Positions 13,517 through 24,445 of a stretch of DNA of 64,000 nucleotides are shown piece by piece. The DNA comes from Eledone cirrhosa (taxonomy: Eukaryota). Within the stretch, counting starts at the first letter, position 1. Each line of letters opens with the position of its first letter. The translations under genes were made by a program, and so were the position numbers. Location of the stretch: contig OZ024746.1 of assembly GCA_964016885.1 (NCBI GenBank), positions 83,266,001 to 83,330,000 of the forward strand, written 5' to 3'. The notes below the pieces were generated by a model. It was not told the origin of the DNA. It did no database searches and worked only from the letters and a program-made list of their open reading frames with translations.

Positions 13517-13649
13517 TATATATATGTATATATATATATATATGTATATATATACGTGTGTGTGTAAAAGGTAAACATAAATAATAACACAATCGGTCCA
13601 ATATATGGAAGTATATATTAGGTATATATGGAAGTATATATTAATATCG

Positions 13650-13700
<51 letters not shown>

Positions 13701-13739
13701 GATATTAATAAATGGAAACTATATTTATAAAACCATATC

Positions 13740-13804
13740 TATTTCATTATATATATTTCAAGGATACCAAGTTACATTATGGTATGCCTTCATCAGACAA
13801 AATA
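13740..13804 (-). ncRNA. Type I hammerhead motif (mirror copy)
   Basis: Reverse complement of 13908-13972. Confidence 0.65.
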
Positions 13805-13907
13805 CAATATATAACAGTTTTATAAATAGACATTGATGGCCTCCAAAAACAACGGTCGATTTTTAAAGGGGTACGTCAATGTCTATTTATAAAAGTGTTA
13901 TATATTG

Positions 13908-13972
13908 TATTTTGTCTGATGAAGGCATACCATAATGTAACTTGGTATCCTTGAAATATATATAATGAAATA
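13908..13972 (+). ncRNA. Type I hammerhead ribozyme motif
   Basis: TATTTTGT-CTGATGA-AGGCATACCA-loop-TGGTATCCTT-GAAA-TATATA-TA-ATGAAATA. Stem I 8 bp (2 G.U), stem II 10 positions (one C.C mismatch), palindromic stem III. Confidence 0.68.
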
Positions 13973-14099
13973 GATATGGTTTTATAAATATAGTTTCCAT
14001 TTATTAATATCGTATATCTACTCCAAATATTTGTCGAGTGCTTTATATCAGTTATAAAAATATTTGCTTGTTGTATCCCAACAATTTAAATAAAACCTT

Positions 14100-14183
<84 letters not shown>

Positions 14184-14277
14184 CATATACATATATGTAT
14201 ATATATATATATATATGTACATATATATATATATATATACATACATACATACATACATACATACATACATACATACA

Positions 14278-14309
<32 letters not shown>

Positions 14310-14415
14310 ATGCATACGTACATACATAAGCACATATATAAATACATATACATAAATACATTCATTCATACTTACACACACACACACATGCATACATAAT
14401 ACATACATCCATATG

Positions 14416-14461
<46 letters not shown>

Positions 14462-14737
14462 AATGTATTTATATATACACAGTCTATATATATCCACTTG
14501 TGTCTATGATGTAGTCTTTAACAAGATAACAATACAATGTTTTATATAGCAGCAGTAAATGTTATTTTTTCCGCTAGTCAAAACACTACTGTACGTCAGT
14601 TAGTTCGAGTCTCTTCAATACAACTTCTCTAGTGATACACACCATTTTGACACTTAGATAGACACATCTACACAAACTTGAGTGATTTGGTTGAAAGGGT
14701 TATCTCCCTTGCATGCTGAGGTTAGGTGAAGATAAAT

Positions 14738-14783
<46 letters not shown>

Positions 14784-14997
14784 TTCTTTATTTACCATAA
14801 AGGCATAAAAAGAAGGGACAAATACAAAGGGGGAGTTTACATATAATCGAGTAAAAAGGGTGTAACATGAAAATAATCGAAAATAACCTCAAAAGGGAGG
14901 GGACGTGATGGGGGTTGCACACACCCCCGAAAAAGTGTGCAATCCTTTGCCCGGGGAGCACATGGAGAAGGTGCTCCCCTCTCCTTTACTTCTTTAC

Positions 14998-17900
14998 CTA
15001 CAGGATGGTATACAGAGAAGGCCCATTTACACGAGCCATTCTCGCCACTATCACCCACCTTTCATAAAACTGCCTGTGGCCAAGCACCTCTCTCTCCATT
15101 CTTATCCTTCTTCCGAAGTGATATCGGAAGAAGTAGACCAGACTATGGCCAGAGAGGAAGTTGCCTGACCTCAGACCTTTCAATCGTGTCCACCAAACAA
15201 CCTCTTTCAACATGGCTATTACGCACAGAAAAACCGCCTTTGCTTCCTTTGTGAAGAGGGGAGGCGGTTTGATTGTCATCACGGACTCGGCGGTCAATTT
15301 AATCGGCGCCACCCGCGACAGCAGTCGTTCGGCGTAGCCCCACAGATCAGCCACGCCAGGACATTGCACCAATGCGTGCGCCACGGTTTCTTCGTGACGC
15401 ACGCACCTAGGGCAAATCTTTTTTGAGGGATCCCTGCCCGGGCGCCCGTGTCTGTAGAGCCTCTCTCGAACGGGTAGAGCCCCTCGGTAGCACTGCCAGG
15501 CCAGTGACTTCTGGAAGTTGTCCATTGGTCCCGGGCCGAAAGTCCTACCGAACAGGCTGGCCAGTTCGTCTTCTTCCATGTCCAGCGACTCTCCAAGGGT
15601 GTCATCGCCCCTGCTAGCCACCAGCCCTCTATAGAATGATGAGGTGGATTCTCCACCGATGGCCCGGCCCGCTTGCCAGAGAGCCCTGAGCGCCTGAGCA
15701 CACTCAGTGTGCCAGTCTCCCAGTTTTCCGGATCTTTGCTTGACCCAGGACTGTAGCTCGGTGAGTGAGACGAGTCTCGGAAAGGCTCGTTTCACGAACG
15801 GAGCCCACACCGGTTGACCAGTGAGGAATACCTGTAGGTGCCGTAGCCTTAATGCGTGCCTACGCATCATCAACCACGGCATCCCCAGCCCTCCTTTCGA
15901 AGGTTGTTGGCAGCAGATGGATCTTCTCACCATAGGAGGACGCTTCTTCCAAAGAAATTGGAAGAGCATGCGTTCCATGGTGGTGAGTGTTTCCTTAGGG
16001 CAAGGCACGACAGTCAGGCGGTAGTAAGTGACGGACGCTATGTAAATGTTCGCCACCTCCGCCCGGCCTTTTAGGGACAGCTTACACTTGGCCCATTTCT
16101 GGGTTAGTGCAAACACCTTGTTCGTAACCTCGTTCCAGTTCTTTTCCACCTGGAGGTCCGGTCCAAACCAGACCCCAAGCAACTTTACCGGGCCCTCCGT
16201 CCAGTGTCCGACGACACCGTCAGGAGGCATCGGTCTGCCTCTCCACGTTCCGAGTTGCAGCCCGATGGATTTTTCCCGGTTCAGTTTCGCTCCTGACAAC
16301 CTTTCGTACTCCTCCAGTAAGGTACCGATCGCCTCGATCTCCGAGTCGGTTGATACCATTACTGTTACGTCATCGGCGTAGGCCGACACCGCTTTGCTCA
16401 ATCCTGGTTCCAGGGGGATACCCTGCAACAACTCCAACTTCCTCAGTAAAGGCTCGAGAGTCAATACGTACAGAAGGGAGGAGAGAGGGCACCCCTGTCG
16501 AATGGATCGTGTGATTTCGAACGGCTTCGAAAGGTAGCCGTTCACCTTGATCCTAGAACAGATGTGGTTGCTATGTAGGGCAGTGATCCAGCCTCTGAAA
16601 ACAGGACCGAACCCAGCCGCCGCTAGCACCGCATCCAGGTAACCATGGTCGACCCTATCGAAGGCCTTAGACTGATCCAAGTTGATCAGGGCCCCACCGA
16701 AGCCGGGTTTGTTGCCAACCCTCTCTATGATGTATCGCATGAGGTGGAGGTTATCGTGAATGGACCTGGATGGGATAGCACATGTCTGCGCATCTCCCAC
16801 CAGGCCACCCACGACAAGCGCCAACCTCTTTGCTAACACCTTGGCCAAAATCTTTAACTCTGTGTTTAGCAGGGTTATGGGCCGAAAATTATTTATACTA
16901 TCCCCCTTTTTCTCGTCCTTCCTCACCAGCGCGACTACGCCCTTGGCTACAGAACAAGGAATTCTCCCGTTCTGCTGCCAATTGCAGTAGACCGCTGCGA
17001 GGAGTTCGGAGAAGAAGACCGGCATTGCTAAATAAAGTTCGTAAGGTATACCATCGAGACCTGGAGATTTGCGTCTGCTGCATTGGCTCAGCGCATCTCC
17101 GATCTCATCAGCCGAGATTGGTCCCTCGCAGGACTCTGCCTCTTTGTTCGAGAGACGCGGCAGGCCGTCGAGGTATGGACCGAAATCCACGCCCCGGCCC
17201 GGACCCTCGCCTCCCCCGAACAATCGGGCAAAGTGCTTTTGAAAGGCCTCGCACATCTGCTTAGGCTCCCGGATCACTCGTCCATCTTCGTCTTGCAACG
17301 ACCGGATGGTGGATCGATTTCCACTTTTAGCTTCTGTCACGCGGGCCCATCCAACGGCTTTGGCCCCCTCATTACCTAGAGCACGTATTTTACTTCGAAT
17401 GACGCAGCCTTCATGCTTTGCATCGAAAAACTGGTTCAAGGCCGTCCTCGATGCCAGCACTCTGGCCACATCTTCGCTCTTGATTGCCTCTTCTAATTTA
17501 CCTGTTAATTCTTTCTCGTTTCTATTCCTATTGGCAGCTAACATCTTGCTATAACTTATTGATTCTGTTCTAATCTCTCTTTTGAGAGATGCCCACCATC
17601 GGTTGTTGACGATTGCACCCGTCAACCTCTCCTTAACTAATCTGCTAATCCGGTTTCTGTAAGTCTCTTTTGCCGGTAAAGACAAATTAAGTTTCCAGTA
17701 ACCGGGACCCTGTCTATGTGTTTTCTCGAGATTGACCACGCAGGTCACTAATTTGTGATCCGTGTAGCCAACCGTGCGCATTTCTGGACAGCTTAATATG
17801 TCCCTATCCTTACTTCTAACTAAGAATCTATCTAAGTACGATCTAGATTGACCACTGTGGTTTCTCCAAGTCCAGGTAGGCACAGTTGGAAAATCTAGTC

Positions 17901-18435
17901 GATATCTATCGACCAAGTTAAAACGGTCGAGTAACCCCTTGAGGCTGTTACACCCCCCTCTATTAGGACATGCTCCTGCATAGTCCCAACGTGCATCTAG
18001 GATGTCATTCCAATCCCCCGCTAGAAGCAGGGAACGCGACGTTCCCAGAAAAGTCTCCAAACGCTGGAAGAAGTCGGGCCGTTCAGCTCCGAAAGGGGAG
18101 TAGACGGCGACCAGTCTCAAGGCCGCACTTTCACTACTGCCAACGTCTAGCACCAACAAACGACCCTCCGGGTCCGAGTGCACAACCTGTACGGCAAGAC
18201 CCAGGTGTTTTTGCAGCAGCACGACAACCCCACCCCCACCTCCAGGTTGACAGAGAGATGCATGCACCTCAAAGTCATCGAAGGTGGGGGCCAGCTGCCG
18301 CATGACGCTGATTCGAGTCTCACAGATAACCATTACATTTATACTACATGACCTGAGGTCATTTAGAAGCTTTGCTTGCTTCCAAGTTGAGCCCAGGCCA
18401 CGTGCATTCAAACATCCTACTCTTAACACATCCAT
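14998..18435 (-). CDS. LINE ORF2p: APE endonuclease + reverse transcriptase + C-terminal zinc finger (1145 aa)
   Basis: APE motifs LNARGL, CETR, GDWN, YLDRF, TDH. Linker PGYWKLN. RT motifs KSPGLDG, FRPITLLN, KAFDRV, RQGCPLS, YADD. C-terminal CPRC..ETVAHALVQC. Confidence 0.97.
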   Translation of the reverse strand: MDVLRVGCLNARGLGSTWKQAKLLNDLRSCSINVMVICETRISVMRQLAPTFDDFEVHASLCQPGGGGGVVVLLQKHLGLAVQVVHSDPEGRLLVLDVGSSESAALRLVAVYSPFGAERPDFFQRLETFLGTSRSLLLAGDWNDILDARWDYAGACPNRGGCNSLKGLLDRFNLVDRYRLDFPTVPTWTWRNHSGQSRSYLDRFLVRSKDRDILSCPEMRTVGYTDHKLVTCVVNLEKTHRQGPGYWKLNLSLPAKETYRNRISRLVKERLTGAIVNNRWWASLKREIRTESISYSKMLAANRNRNEKELTGKLEEAIKSEDVARVLASRTALNQFFDAKHEGCVIRSKIRALGNEGAKAVGWARVTEAKSGNRSTIRSLQDEDGRVIREPKQMCEAFQKHFARLFGGGEGPGRGVDFGPYLDGLPRLSNKEAESCEGPISADEIGDALSQCSRRKSPGLDGIPYELYLAMPVFFSELLAAVYCNWQQNGRIPCSVAKGVVALVRKDEKKGDSINNFRPITLLNTELKILAKVLAKRLALVVGGLVGDAQTCAIPSRSIHDNLHLMRYIIERVGNKPGFGGALINLDQSKAFDRVDHGYLDAVLAAAGFGPVFRGWITALHSNHICSRIKVNGYLSKPFEITRSIRQGCPLSSLLYVLTLEPLLRKLELLQGIPLEPGLSKAVSAYADDVTVMVSTDSEIEAIGTLLEEYERLSGAKLNREKSIGLQLGTWRGRPMPPDGVVGHWTEGPVKLLGVWFGPDLQVEKNWNEVTNKVFALTQKWAKCKLSLKGRAEVANIYIASVTYYRLTVVPCPKETLTTMERMLFQFLWKKRPPMVRRSICCQQPSKGGLGMPWLMMRRHALRLRHLQVFLTGQPVWAPFVKRAFPRLVSLTELQSWVKQRSGKLGDWHTECAQALRALWQAGRAIGGESTSSFYRGLVASRGDDTLGESLDMEEDELASLFGRTFGPGPMDNFQKSLAWQCYRGALPVRERLYRHGRPGRDPSKKICPRCVRHEETVAHALVQCPGVADLWGYAERLLSRVAPIKLTAESVMTIKPPPLFTKEAKAVFLCVIAMLKEVVWWTRLKGLRSGNFLSGHSLVYFFRYHFGRRIRMEREVLGHRQFYERWVIVARMARVNGPSLYTIL

Positions 18436-18468
18436 GTGGGCGGCAGAGCCAAAGGAGAGTGTAGAGAC

Positions 18469-20349
18469 CTACCTTTCCGCTTCCCGGGGTTCGGGTTGCA
18501 CGACTTCCATGGGGTCGGGGGTGTTGGGTGAAGGGGTGTCTTGTGGTGGTGTGGGGTCGTCGGTGTGTGGTGGGGTTGGGGTGTTTGGAGTTGTGTTGGG
18601 GAGGGGAAGGGGAGGGGGAAAGCTTTTTAGTAGGACGCGGTTTATGGGTTTGACAGAGGGTGGTCCTACGTCCTCCTTAAAATCCTTTTTTAGTTTTTGG
18701 TAGAGGTTCATTGGGATTTTTATTAGTTTTAAATGTGGGTGGTTTTCTGATGAAACAAAGTTTACACCTTCGGTTTGTACCGAAGGATTATTGTATATGA
18801 GTTCATTTAATTTATTATTGTTTCTGTTGATGTAAGTATAGTGTAATGTCTTTTTTTCCGATGGTGTGAGTGTTTCGAAGAGGGGAGGGGCAGGTTTGGT
18901 TTTGTTTGTTGCTGGAGGGGTGTTTTCTGTTTTGTTAGATTGTGTTGCGATTTGGGTGGGGGTTGTTTGTCCTTGTGTGTTTTGCACATGTTTTCTTTTT
19001 TTCCTTTTAATCTGTCTGAAGGACTCCGTTTCTTCCTCCGAATTCGTTGGGTTATCTTCAGTGTTGGAGGGAAGAGGTATGTTTGCTGGTAATGTTTCCG
19101 TGTTGGTTTTCTTTGTGGGGGAGATGGATGTCACTATGTTAGACTGTGTTGTGTGTTGTGTCTGCGGTGGTTGTGTTGTTTTATTGAGTGAGAGGTTGGG
19201 TGGGCCTGTATTTTGTTTTGGGGTAATGTGTTGTGACTGTTTGTGTTGTGGTGGTGTTGTGGTGTTACTGAGGGACGGGTTGGGTGGGACTGAGTTTTGT
19301 TGTTTGTTTATCTGTTGTGGTGGTGGTGGTGGAGCTGGTGTTGGTAGCAGGGTTTTCTTTTTGTTGAGTTGGGGACAAGCGGCCTTCAGGTGCCCTCTGC
19401 CTGCACAGATATGGCAGGACGGCCTTCTCCCCTCCACGCTAATGTTTATATACCCGTGGTCCTCTAATAGGATTCTGTCGGGTATTTGGGCGATGCGTTC
19501 AGGCTTCATTTGTACTACCAGCTCTATACCTGTTCCACTGAACGCATTGCCTGTGGTTTTCCCAATGGAAATCACGTTGTCATTCACTGGATCGATGAAG
19601 CCAGCTATGAGCCAGCAGTAGTCCACATCTGGCATCATTGCATCCAGCCATATGCGTTGAGTTTTTTTCCCCATATAAGATGGATAAAAGGTGAAATTTT
19701 TCGAACGAATCGGTGACAAAGCACATTTTTTTGCCGCCGATTCGTTCTTCATGATAATTGCTAGGCTTCCATACAGTCTGTCTTTTCTTATGAAAGTTGT
19801 TTCATTCAGTACTTCTGCGAGTACTGTTTTGATATCTGCTTGAGAAGGCTGTTCAGGTTTTTTTGTACTGTTGTTGATGGTCCGAAACTTGACCGTTCGG
19901 CTTTCAATGTCTTTCGTGAATTCTTGAGGCATTTTTACCAATAAAATACCATTCTCACCTTCACTTATGTATTGTTTTGCGTCCGTGATCCTTCGTACCA
20001 CATCTGAAATGTTTTCCGCTATATAAGTCAAAGATTTCTTTGTTTTCTGTGCAAAAGAAATCTTGTCGTCTGCTTTGTTTTCTGATATTATGTTATTTTC
20101 AACTGTTATTTTTTTGTTTGTTGTGTCTTTGTTTGTGTTATTAGTATTGTCATGCAATTTTTCAAATTTTTTTTTTTCGTTGTTTTCGTCATTTAATTTT
20201 TTTTCCTCCGCAGATTCGTCCGTTTTTATTTTCATTTTTCCTTCCTTCTCTATGACGTTAGTTGGGAAGGAAGGGAGGACTAAAGCGTGCGAGCTTACAA
20301 CTCTTACCGCTGTCCCCCCACCACTATTTTCGTTCGCTGCGTTTAACAT
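18469..20349 (-). CDS. LINE ORF1p with CCHC zinc knuckle and low-complexity P/T/Q/N tail (626 aa)
   Basis: CHICAGRGHLKAAC (CX2CX4HX4C), positioned upstream of ORF2. A homologue lies at 27.4-29.0 kb. Confidence 0.9.
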   Translation of the reverse strand: MLNAANENSGGGTAVRVVSSHALVLPSFPTNVIEKEGKMKIKTDESAEEKKLNDENNEKKKFEKLHDNTNNTNKDTTNKKITVENNIISENKADDKISFAQKTKKSLTYIAENISDVVRRITDAKQYISEGENGILLVKMPQEFTKDIESRTVKFRTINNSTKKPEQPSQADIKTVLAEVLNETTFIRKDRLYGSLAIIMKNESAAKKCALSPIRSKNFTFYPSYMGKKTQRIWLDAMMPDVDYCWLIAGFIDPVNDNVISIGKTTGNAFSGTGIELVVQMKPERIAQIPDRILLEDHGYINISVEGRRPSCHICAGRGHLKAACPQLNKKKTLLPTPAPPPPPQQINKQQNSVPPNPSLSNTTTPPQHKQSQHITPKQNTGPPNLSLNKTTQPPQTQHTTQSNIVTSISPTKKTNTETLPANIPLPSNTEDNPTNSEEETESFRQIKRKKRKHVQNTQGQTTPTQIATQSNKTENTPPATNKTKPAPPLFETLTPSEKKTLHYTYINRNNNKLNELIYNNPSVQTEGVNFVSSENHPHLKLIKIPMNLYQKLKKDFKEDVGPPSVKPINRVLLKSFPPPLPLPNTTPNTPTPPHTDDPTPPQDTPSPNTPDPMEVVQPEPREAER

Positions 20350-20573
20350 TTCTGTTAGACGATTGAAATTTTTTACACAAAATTTTTTAAAACAGGTTTT
20401 TCACCTCTAGGAGGGGTAAAGATGAGCTGACCCACCGCCTGACAGTTCAGACGGAGGGTCAAGCTACACAATTGTATCAAAATTAAGTTTGAACTCACAA
20501 AATTTCCTCAATAAATTTGAACAAAACTTCTGTGCGAAGTGAATGACATCCACACTGTAGAACAGACGACAGC

Positions 20574-20579
20574 TAGATG

Positions 20580-20641
<62 letters not shown>
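20574..20641. repeat. (TAGA)n at the LINE 5' junction
   Basis: Direct reading. The matching tract is at 14739-14783. Confidence 0.95.
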
Positions 20642-20686
20642 CGTGTGTCTATATGTATATGTATATATTATATATATTTCTCTGTG

Positions 20687-20749
<63 letters not shown>

Positions 20750-20754
20750 ATGTA

Positions 20755-20974
20755 GCCGTATTTTTTTTATTTTTTCATTCGCACCGTTTCCTTTCGCTAT
20801 GTCTCTCCACCACTCCCCTACACACCCTTTGAACTCTGTTCCCACACACTTCTCACCTGAGGAAGGGCTTATGCCCGAAGCGTCGTCCCCCACCAACACC
20901 CCACTCTCCAGAGCGTGAAATTAATAAACATTCGTTGTACTGCCTCTCTGTTTTGTCTCTGTTCAAATTTTTCC

Positions 20975-20976
<2 letters not shown>
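20755..20976 (+). mobile_element. Penelope pLTR-like element with a decayed minimal hammerhead (20855-20886)
   Basis: AC-CTGAGGA-A-GGGC-TTAT-GCCC-GAAG-CG-TC-GT, with GAAA changed to GAAG. Downstream AATAAA; flanked by TA/TG repeats. Confidence 0.6.
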
Positions 20977-21052
<76 letters not shown>

Positions 21053-21100
21053 AATGTTTGTTTTGCTTATGTTTGTGTGGCTGTGTGTGTATGTATATAT

Positions 21101-21406
21101 ACGAACTGCAACTCCCTCGTTTATTTATTTTGGTTATCTCTCGTTCACGATTCCACCAAATTTATATTCATAGAAATCTGGGACTTGTTTCTTTCTTCTT
21201 CATCACTTTCTGTTGCTTAAACCATTTTATTTGTTTACCCTAGCGTCCCCTTTATTTACGTGTCCCAACGACTTTTTTTAGCCGTTGCTCGCACCAACCT
21301 GAGGTATATGGTCTTTAAAGCGACGAAATGCCTACGACGGTTGGAAGGCCACTGATGAAGGACAAACTTTTTCATATGTAACCCATTTGCAACGCCGCAG
21401 CTCCAT

Positions 21407-21408
<2 letters not shown>
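21101..21408 (+). mobile_element. Interspersed element in (TA)n with degenerate hammerhead-like cores; homologue at ~26040-26240
   Basis: CGCACCAAC..GAGGTATATG..GCGA.GAAAT..GTTGG..CACTGATGA.GGAC is shared with 26118-26191. Absent at the paralogous TA tract ~13100-13132. Confidence 0.6.
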
Positions 21409-21459
<51 letters not shown>

Positions 21460-21462
<3 letters not shown>

Positions 21463-21659
21463 ACCTGTTATTTTTATCTAAAGACATTTTTTCCAATTCC
21501 ATCCCGCCCGTCCCCTCAATCTATTTTATTTCTCATTCTTTCTTCTGATGAAAGACTAGCGTCCGAAACGTTAAGACCCTCTTCCTGCTATATCAAGCGT
21601 TAACCTAATATATACTTCCATATATTGGACCGATTGTGTTTTTATTTATGTTTACCTTT

Positions 21660-21727
<68 letters not shown>

Positions 21728-21732
21728 TATAC

Positions 21733-21766
<34 letters not shown>

Positions 21767-21821
21767 ACATATACATATATGTATATATATATATATATAT
21801 GTACATATATACATACATACA

Positions 21822-21855
<34 letters not shown>

Positions 21856-21926
21856 CATACATATAATGCATACGTACATACATAAGCACATATATAAATA
21901 CATATACATAAATACATTCATTCATA

Positions 21927-22004
<78 letters not shown>

Positions 22005-22284
22005 AATGAATGTATTTATATATACACAGTCTATATATATCCACTTGTGTCTATGATGTAGTCTTTAACAAGATAACAATACAATGTTTTATATAGCAGC
22101 AGTAAATGTTATTTTTTCCGCTAGTCAAAACACTACTGTACGTCAGTTAGTTCGAGTCTCTTCAATACAACTTCTCTAGTGATACACACCATTTTGACAC
22201 TTAGATAGACACATCTACACAAACTTGAGTGATTTGGTTGAAAGGGTTATCTCCCTTGCATGCTGAGGTTAGGTGAAGATAAAT

Positions 22285-22353
<69 letters not shown>

Positions 22354-22402
22354 CGTGTGTCTATATGTATATGCATTTATTATATATATTTCTCTCTGTA
22401 TT

Positions 22403-22433
<31 letters not shown>

Positions 22434-22436
22434 ATG
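21460..22436 (+). repeat. Local segmental duplicate of 13132-13332 + 14102-14783 + 20574-20754, lacking the LINE and fold-backs
   Basis: The unique block GAATGAATGTATTT...GGTGAAGATAAATA appears identical at 14457-14738 and 22004-22285. The same GACGTGTGTCTATATG follows the TAGA tract. Confidence 0.95.
21541..21576 (+). ncRNA. Paralogous minimal hammerhead with stem II mutation
   Basis: Same as 13214-13249 but GGAC>AGAC, which breaks the core-proximal stem II pair. Confidence 0.55.
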
Positions 22437-22499
<63 letters not shown>

Positions 22500-22663
22500 G
22501 CAGACATACATACATACATCATACATACACACATATATTTATGTGTGTGTATACATATAAGTACATACATATATGTGTGTGTATGTATGTATGTGTGAGG
22601 GAAAGTGGAGGAAGAACAAAGAGAACAAAAAAGGGAGAGGTTGGATAGATAATAGATAGATAA

Positions 22664-22739
<76 letters not shown>

Positions 22740-22953
22740 AAACATTTGTTTATAAACTGATGAAATGATATATATACTGATAACATTATAGTGTCGGGCG
22801 TTGACCGATATTCATAAGTAAATTTGTGAAAGGAATCTATCCTACGAGTGTTTTAAGGTTTCACATACATACTGATCGAATTACGATAAGTACAATTTCT
22901 ATGTAATCGGGTCAAAAGAGCTTAGCCGTTCGATTGGTGGAATTTATACGGTA

Positions 22954-23800
22954 CTAGCAGTAAAGCCCGGCGTTGCTCGGGGTCGCTCAGTAGCTGTGTT
23001 AAAGTTACAATGTTAAGTTTCTTTTTTGGCTTAAAAACTGTAGTGTCTACTGTGCAGACTTGCATGTGGTGTTTTTGATTAATATTCCCTCAACCAACAA
23101 TATGCCTTATGAAGTTAAGAAAACATAACGATAACCCGAATGTTATAACAAAAGAGGATGCTGGGGATAGAAACTGCACTGGTTATTTATTAACAAAGAT
23201 CGAAAATGTAAACACTGCAACGCAGAGAAAAACATTAGCGTAACCAAATTATCAGTTATGTCTGTCTGCACGCCTATATCACCTCTCTGCACGACTGTCT
23301 GTCTGCACGCCTATATCACCTCTCTGCACGACTGTCTGTCTGCACGCCTATATCACCTCTCTGCACGACTGTCTGTCTGCACGCCTGAAATATTTGCTTG
23401 TTTTACGTAGTCTTTAAATAGACTTGTTTTCAAGTAAAAATATTGTTTTAAAATGCTTTTAAATGGAAATGAAGCAAAACGGAAGCTTAGTGTTCGAATG
23501 TTCGTGTATTGTGTTAATGTCATTTTAAACGCTGAGAAAGCCAGCGTAATTTTTTACGTAAGACGCTCAATGTAAACAGAACAAATGGAAATAACTGATC
23601 ACTTACGCTCAAAAATCGATACATTATATTCGATTTCGTCAGATAGGGTGGGTCAATTTGAAATTTTTTTTTCCGATGTCTTCGCTAGGGCTCAATGTAC
23701 AAGTATAGCAATTTCGGTGCAATTCCGTGAGAGATTCTAAGAGGAGATGTGTGCCAAAAATCGATAGACAGACAGACAACCACAGTTTTATATATATAGA
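22954..23800 (-). mobile_element. Non-autonomous Helitron (847 bp)
   Basis: Minus strand reads A|TCTATATATATAAAA...(GTCT)n...CCCGAGCAACGCCGGG hairpin-CTTTACTG-CTAG|T. This gives 5' TC, 3' hairpin + CTAG, an AT target and no TSD. Confidence 0.88.
23259..23386. repeat. 37-bp tandem repeat x3.5 inside the Helitron
   Basis: TGTCTGTCTGCACGCCTATATCACCTCTCTGCACGAC. Confidence 0.95.
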
Positions 23801-23844
23801 TGATACAATGCTGTAGTTATTGTTTTGTCTACTGGTGAATACAA

Positions 23845-24135
23845 GGCGAATTATTTAGTGCTCAGGGCCGTTCGGTTGACGATCCTAATGTCGTAGGTTC
23901 GATTCTTGAAGGCGCGTTGTATCCTTGAGAAAAATACATTATTTCACATTACTCCAGTTCACGTTGTTGTTTGCATAAATTGTAGCTGTAATTCAAAGAG
24001 TCAGCTTTGTCCCACAACTGTGTCATGCTGAATCTCCCTGAGAGTTATGTTCAGGAGTGCAGTTGTCTGTAGAATGCTCAGCCAATTGCACGTTAATTTC
24101 AAATCGACTGGAAAATTCATCGCTGGAGGGTATGG
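23845..24135 (+). mobile_element. Diverged tRNA-derived SINE with V-domain-like core
   Basis: B box GGTTCGATTC at 23896 followed by TTGTATCCTTGAGAAAAATACATTATTTCAC. Confidence 0.65.
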
Positions 24136-24215
24136 AGATCCATCAGCAACAGCAATACGCACACACATGCACACATGTATGTATGCATGTATATATGTGT
24201 GTGTATGTATGTATA

Positions 24216-24362
24216 TGCGGTACTGGGACTGTGTCAGAAGCACCTTGGCTTGCGCTAGAATTTCATCTGACGAATAGGAGAAAATGACTGAGGAGCGTGT
24301 GAAGTGGAGACGTTTGATCAAATCAGGAAGTGAACACTTTGAAACTCGCCGAAGAGAACACC
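24216..24362 (+). pseudogene. RTE-clade LINE ORF C-terminal relic
   Basis: RYWDCVRSTLACARISSDE*EKMTEERVKWRRLIKSGSEHFETRR resembles the RTE/BovB-type RYKD...W..LA.DR..WR...F end. Confidence 0.65.
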
Positions 24363-24370
24363 TATATACG

Positions 24371-24445
<75 letters not shown>

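Larger units (their letters stand above)
13696..14016. mobile_element. Fold-back element (~140-bp near-perfect arms) with a hammerhead motif in each arm
   Basis: 13696-13837 is the reverse complement of 13876-14016. It is absent from the paralogous segment at ~21662. Confidence 0.88.
14784..20573 (-). mobile_element. Full-length Tx1/L1-clade non-LTR retrotransposon inserted in (TAGA)n
   Basis: Two intact ORFs with a 33-bp spacer, ~220-nt 5' UTR, AATAAA at 14787-14792, no poly(A). TAGA repeats flank both sides, and an empty paralogous site lies at 22286-22352. Confidence 0.95.

Noticed and set aside
15294-20410. Antisense and alternate-frame ORFs within the LINE
   Set aside because: Shadows of ORF1/ORF2 with no motifs.
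14739-20641. Target-site duplication of the LINE
   Set aside because: Cannot be delimited inside a (TAGA)n tract.
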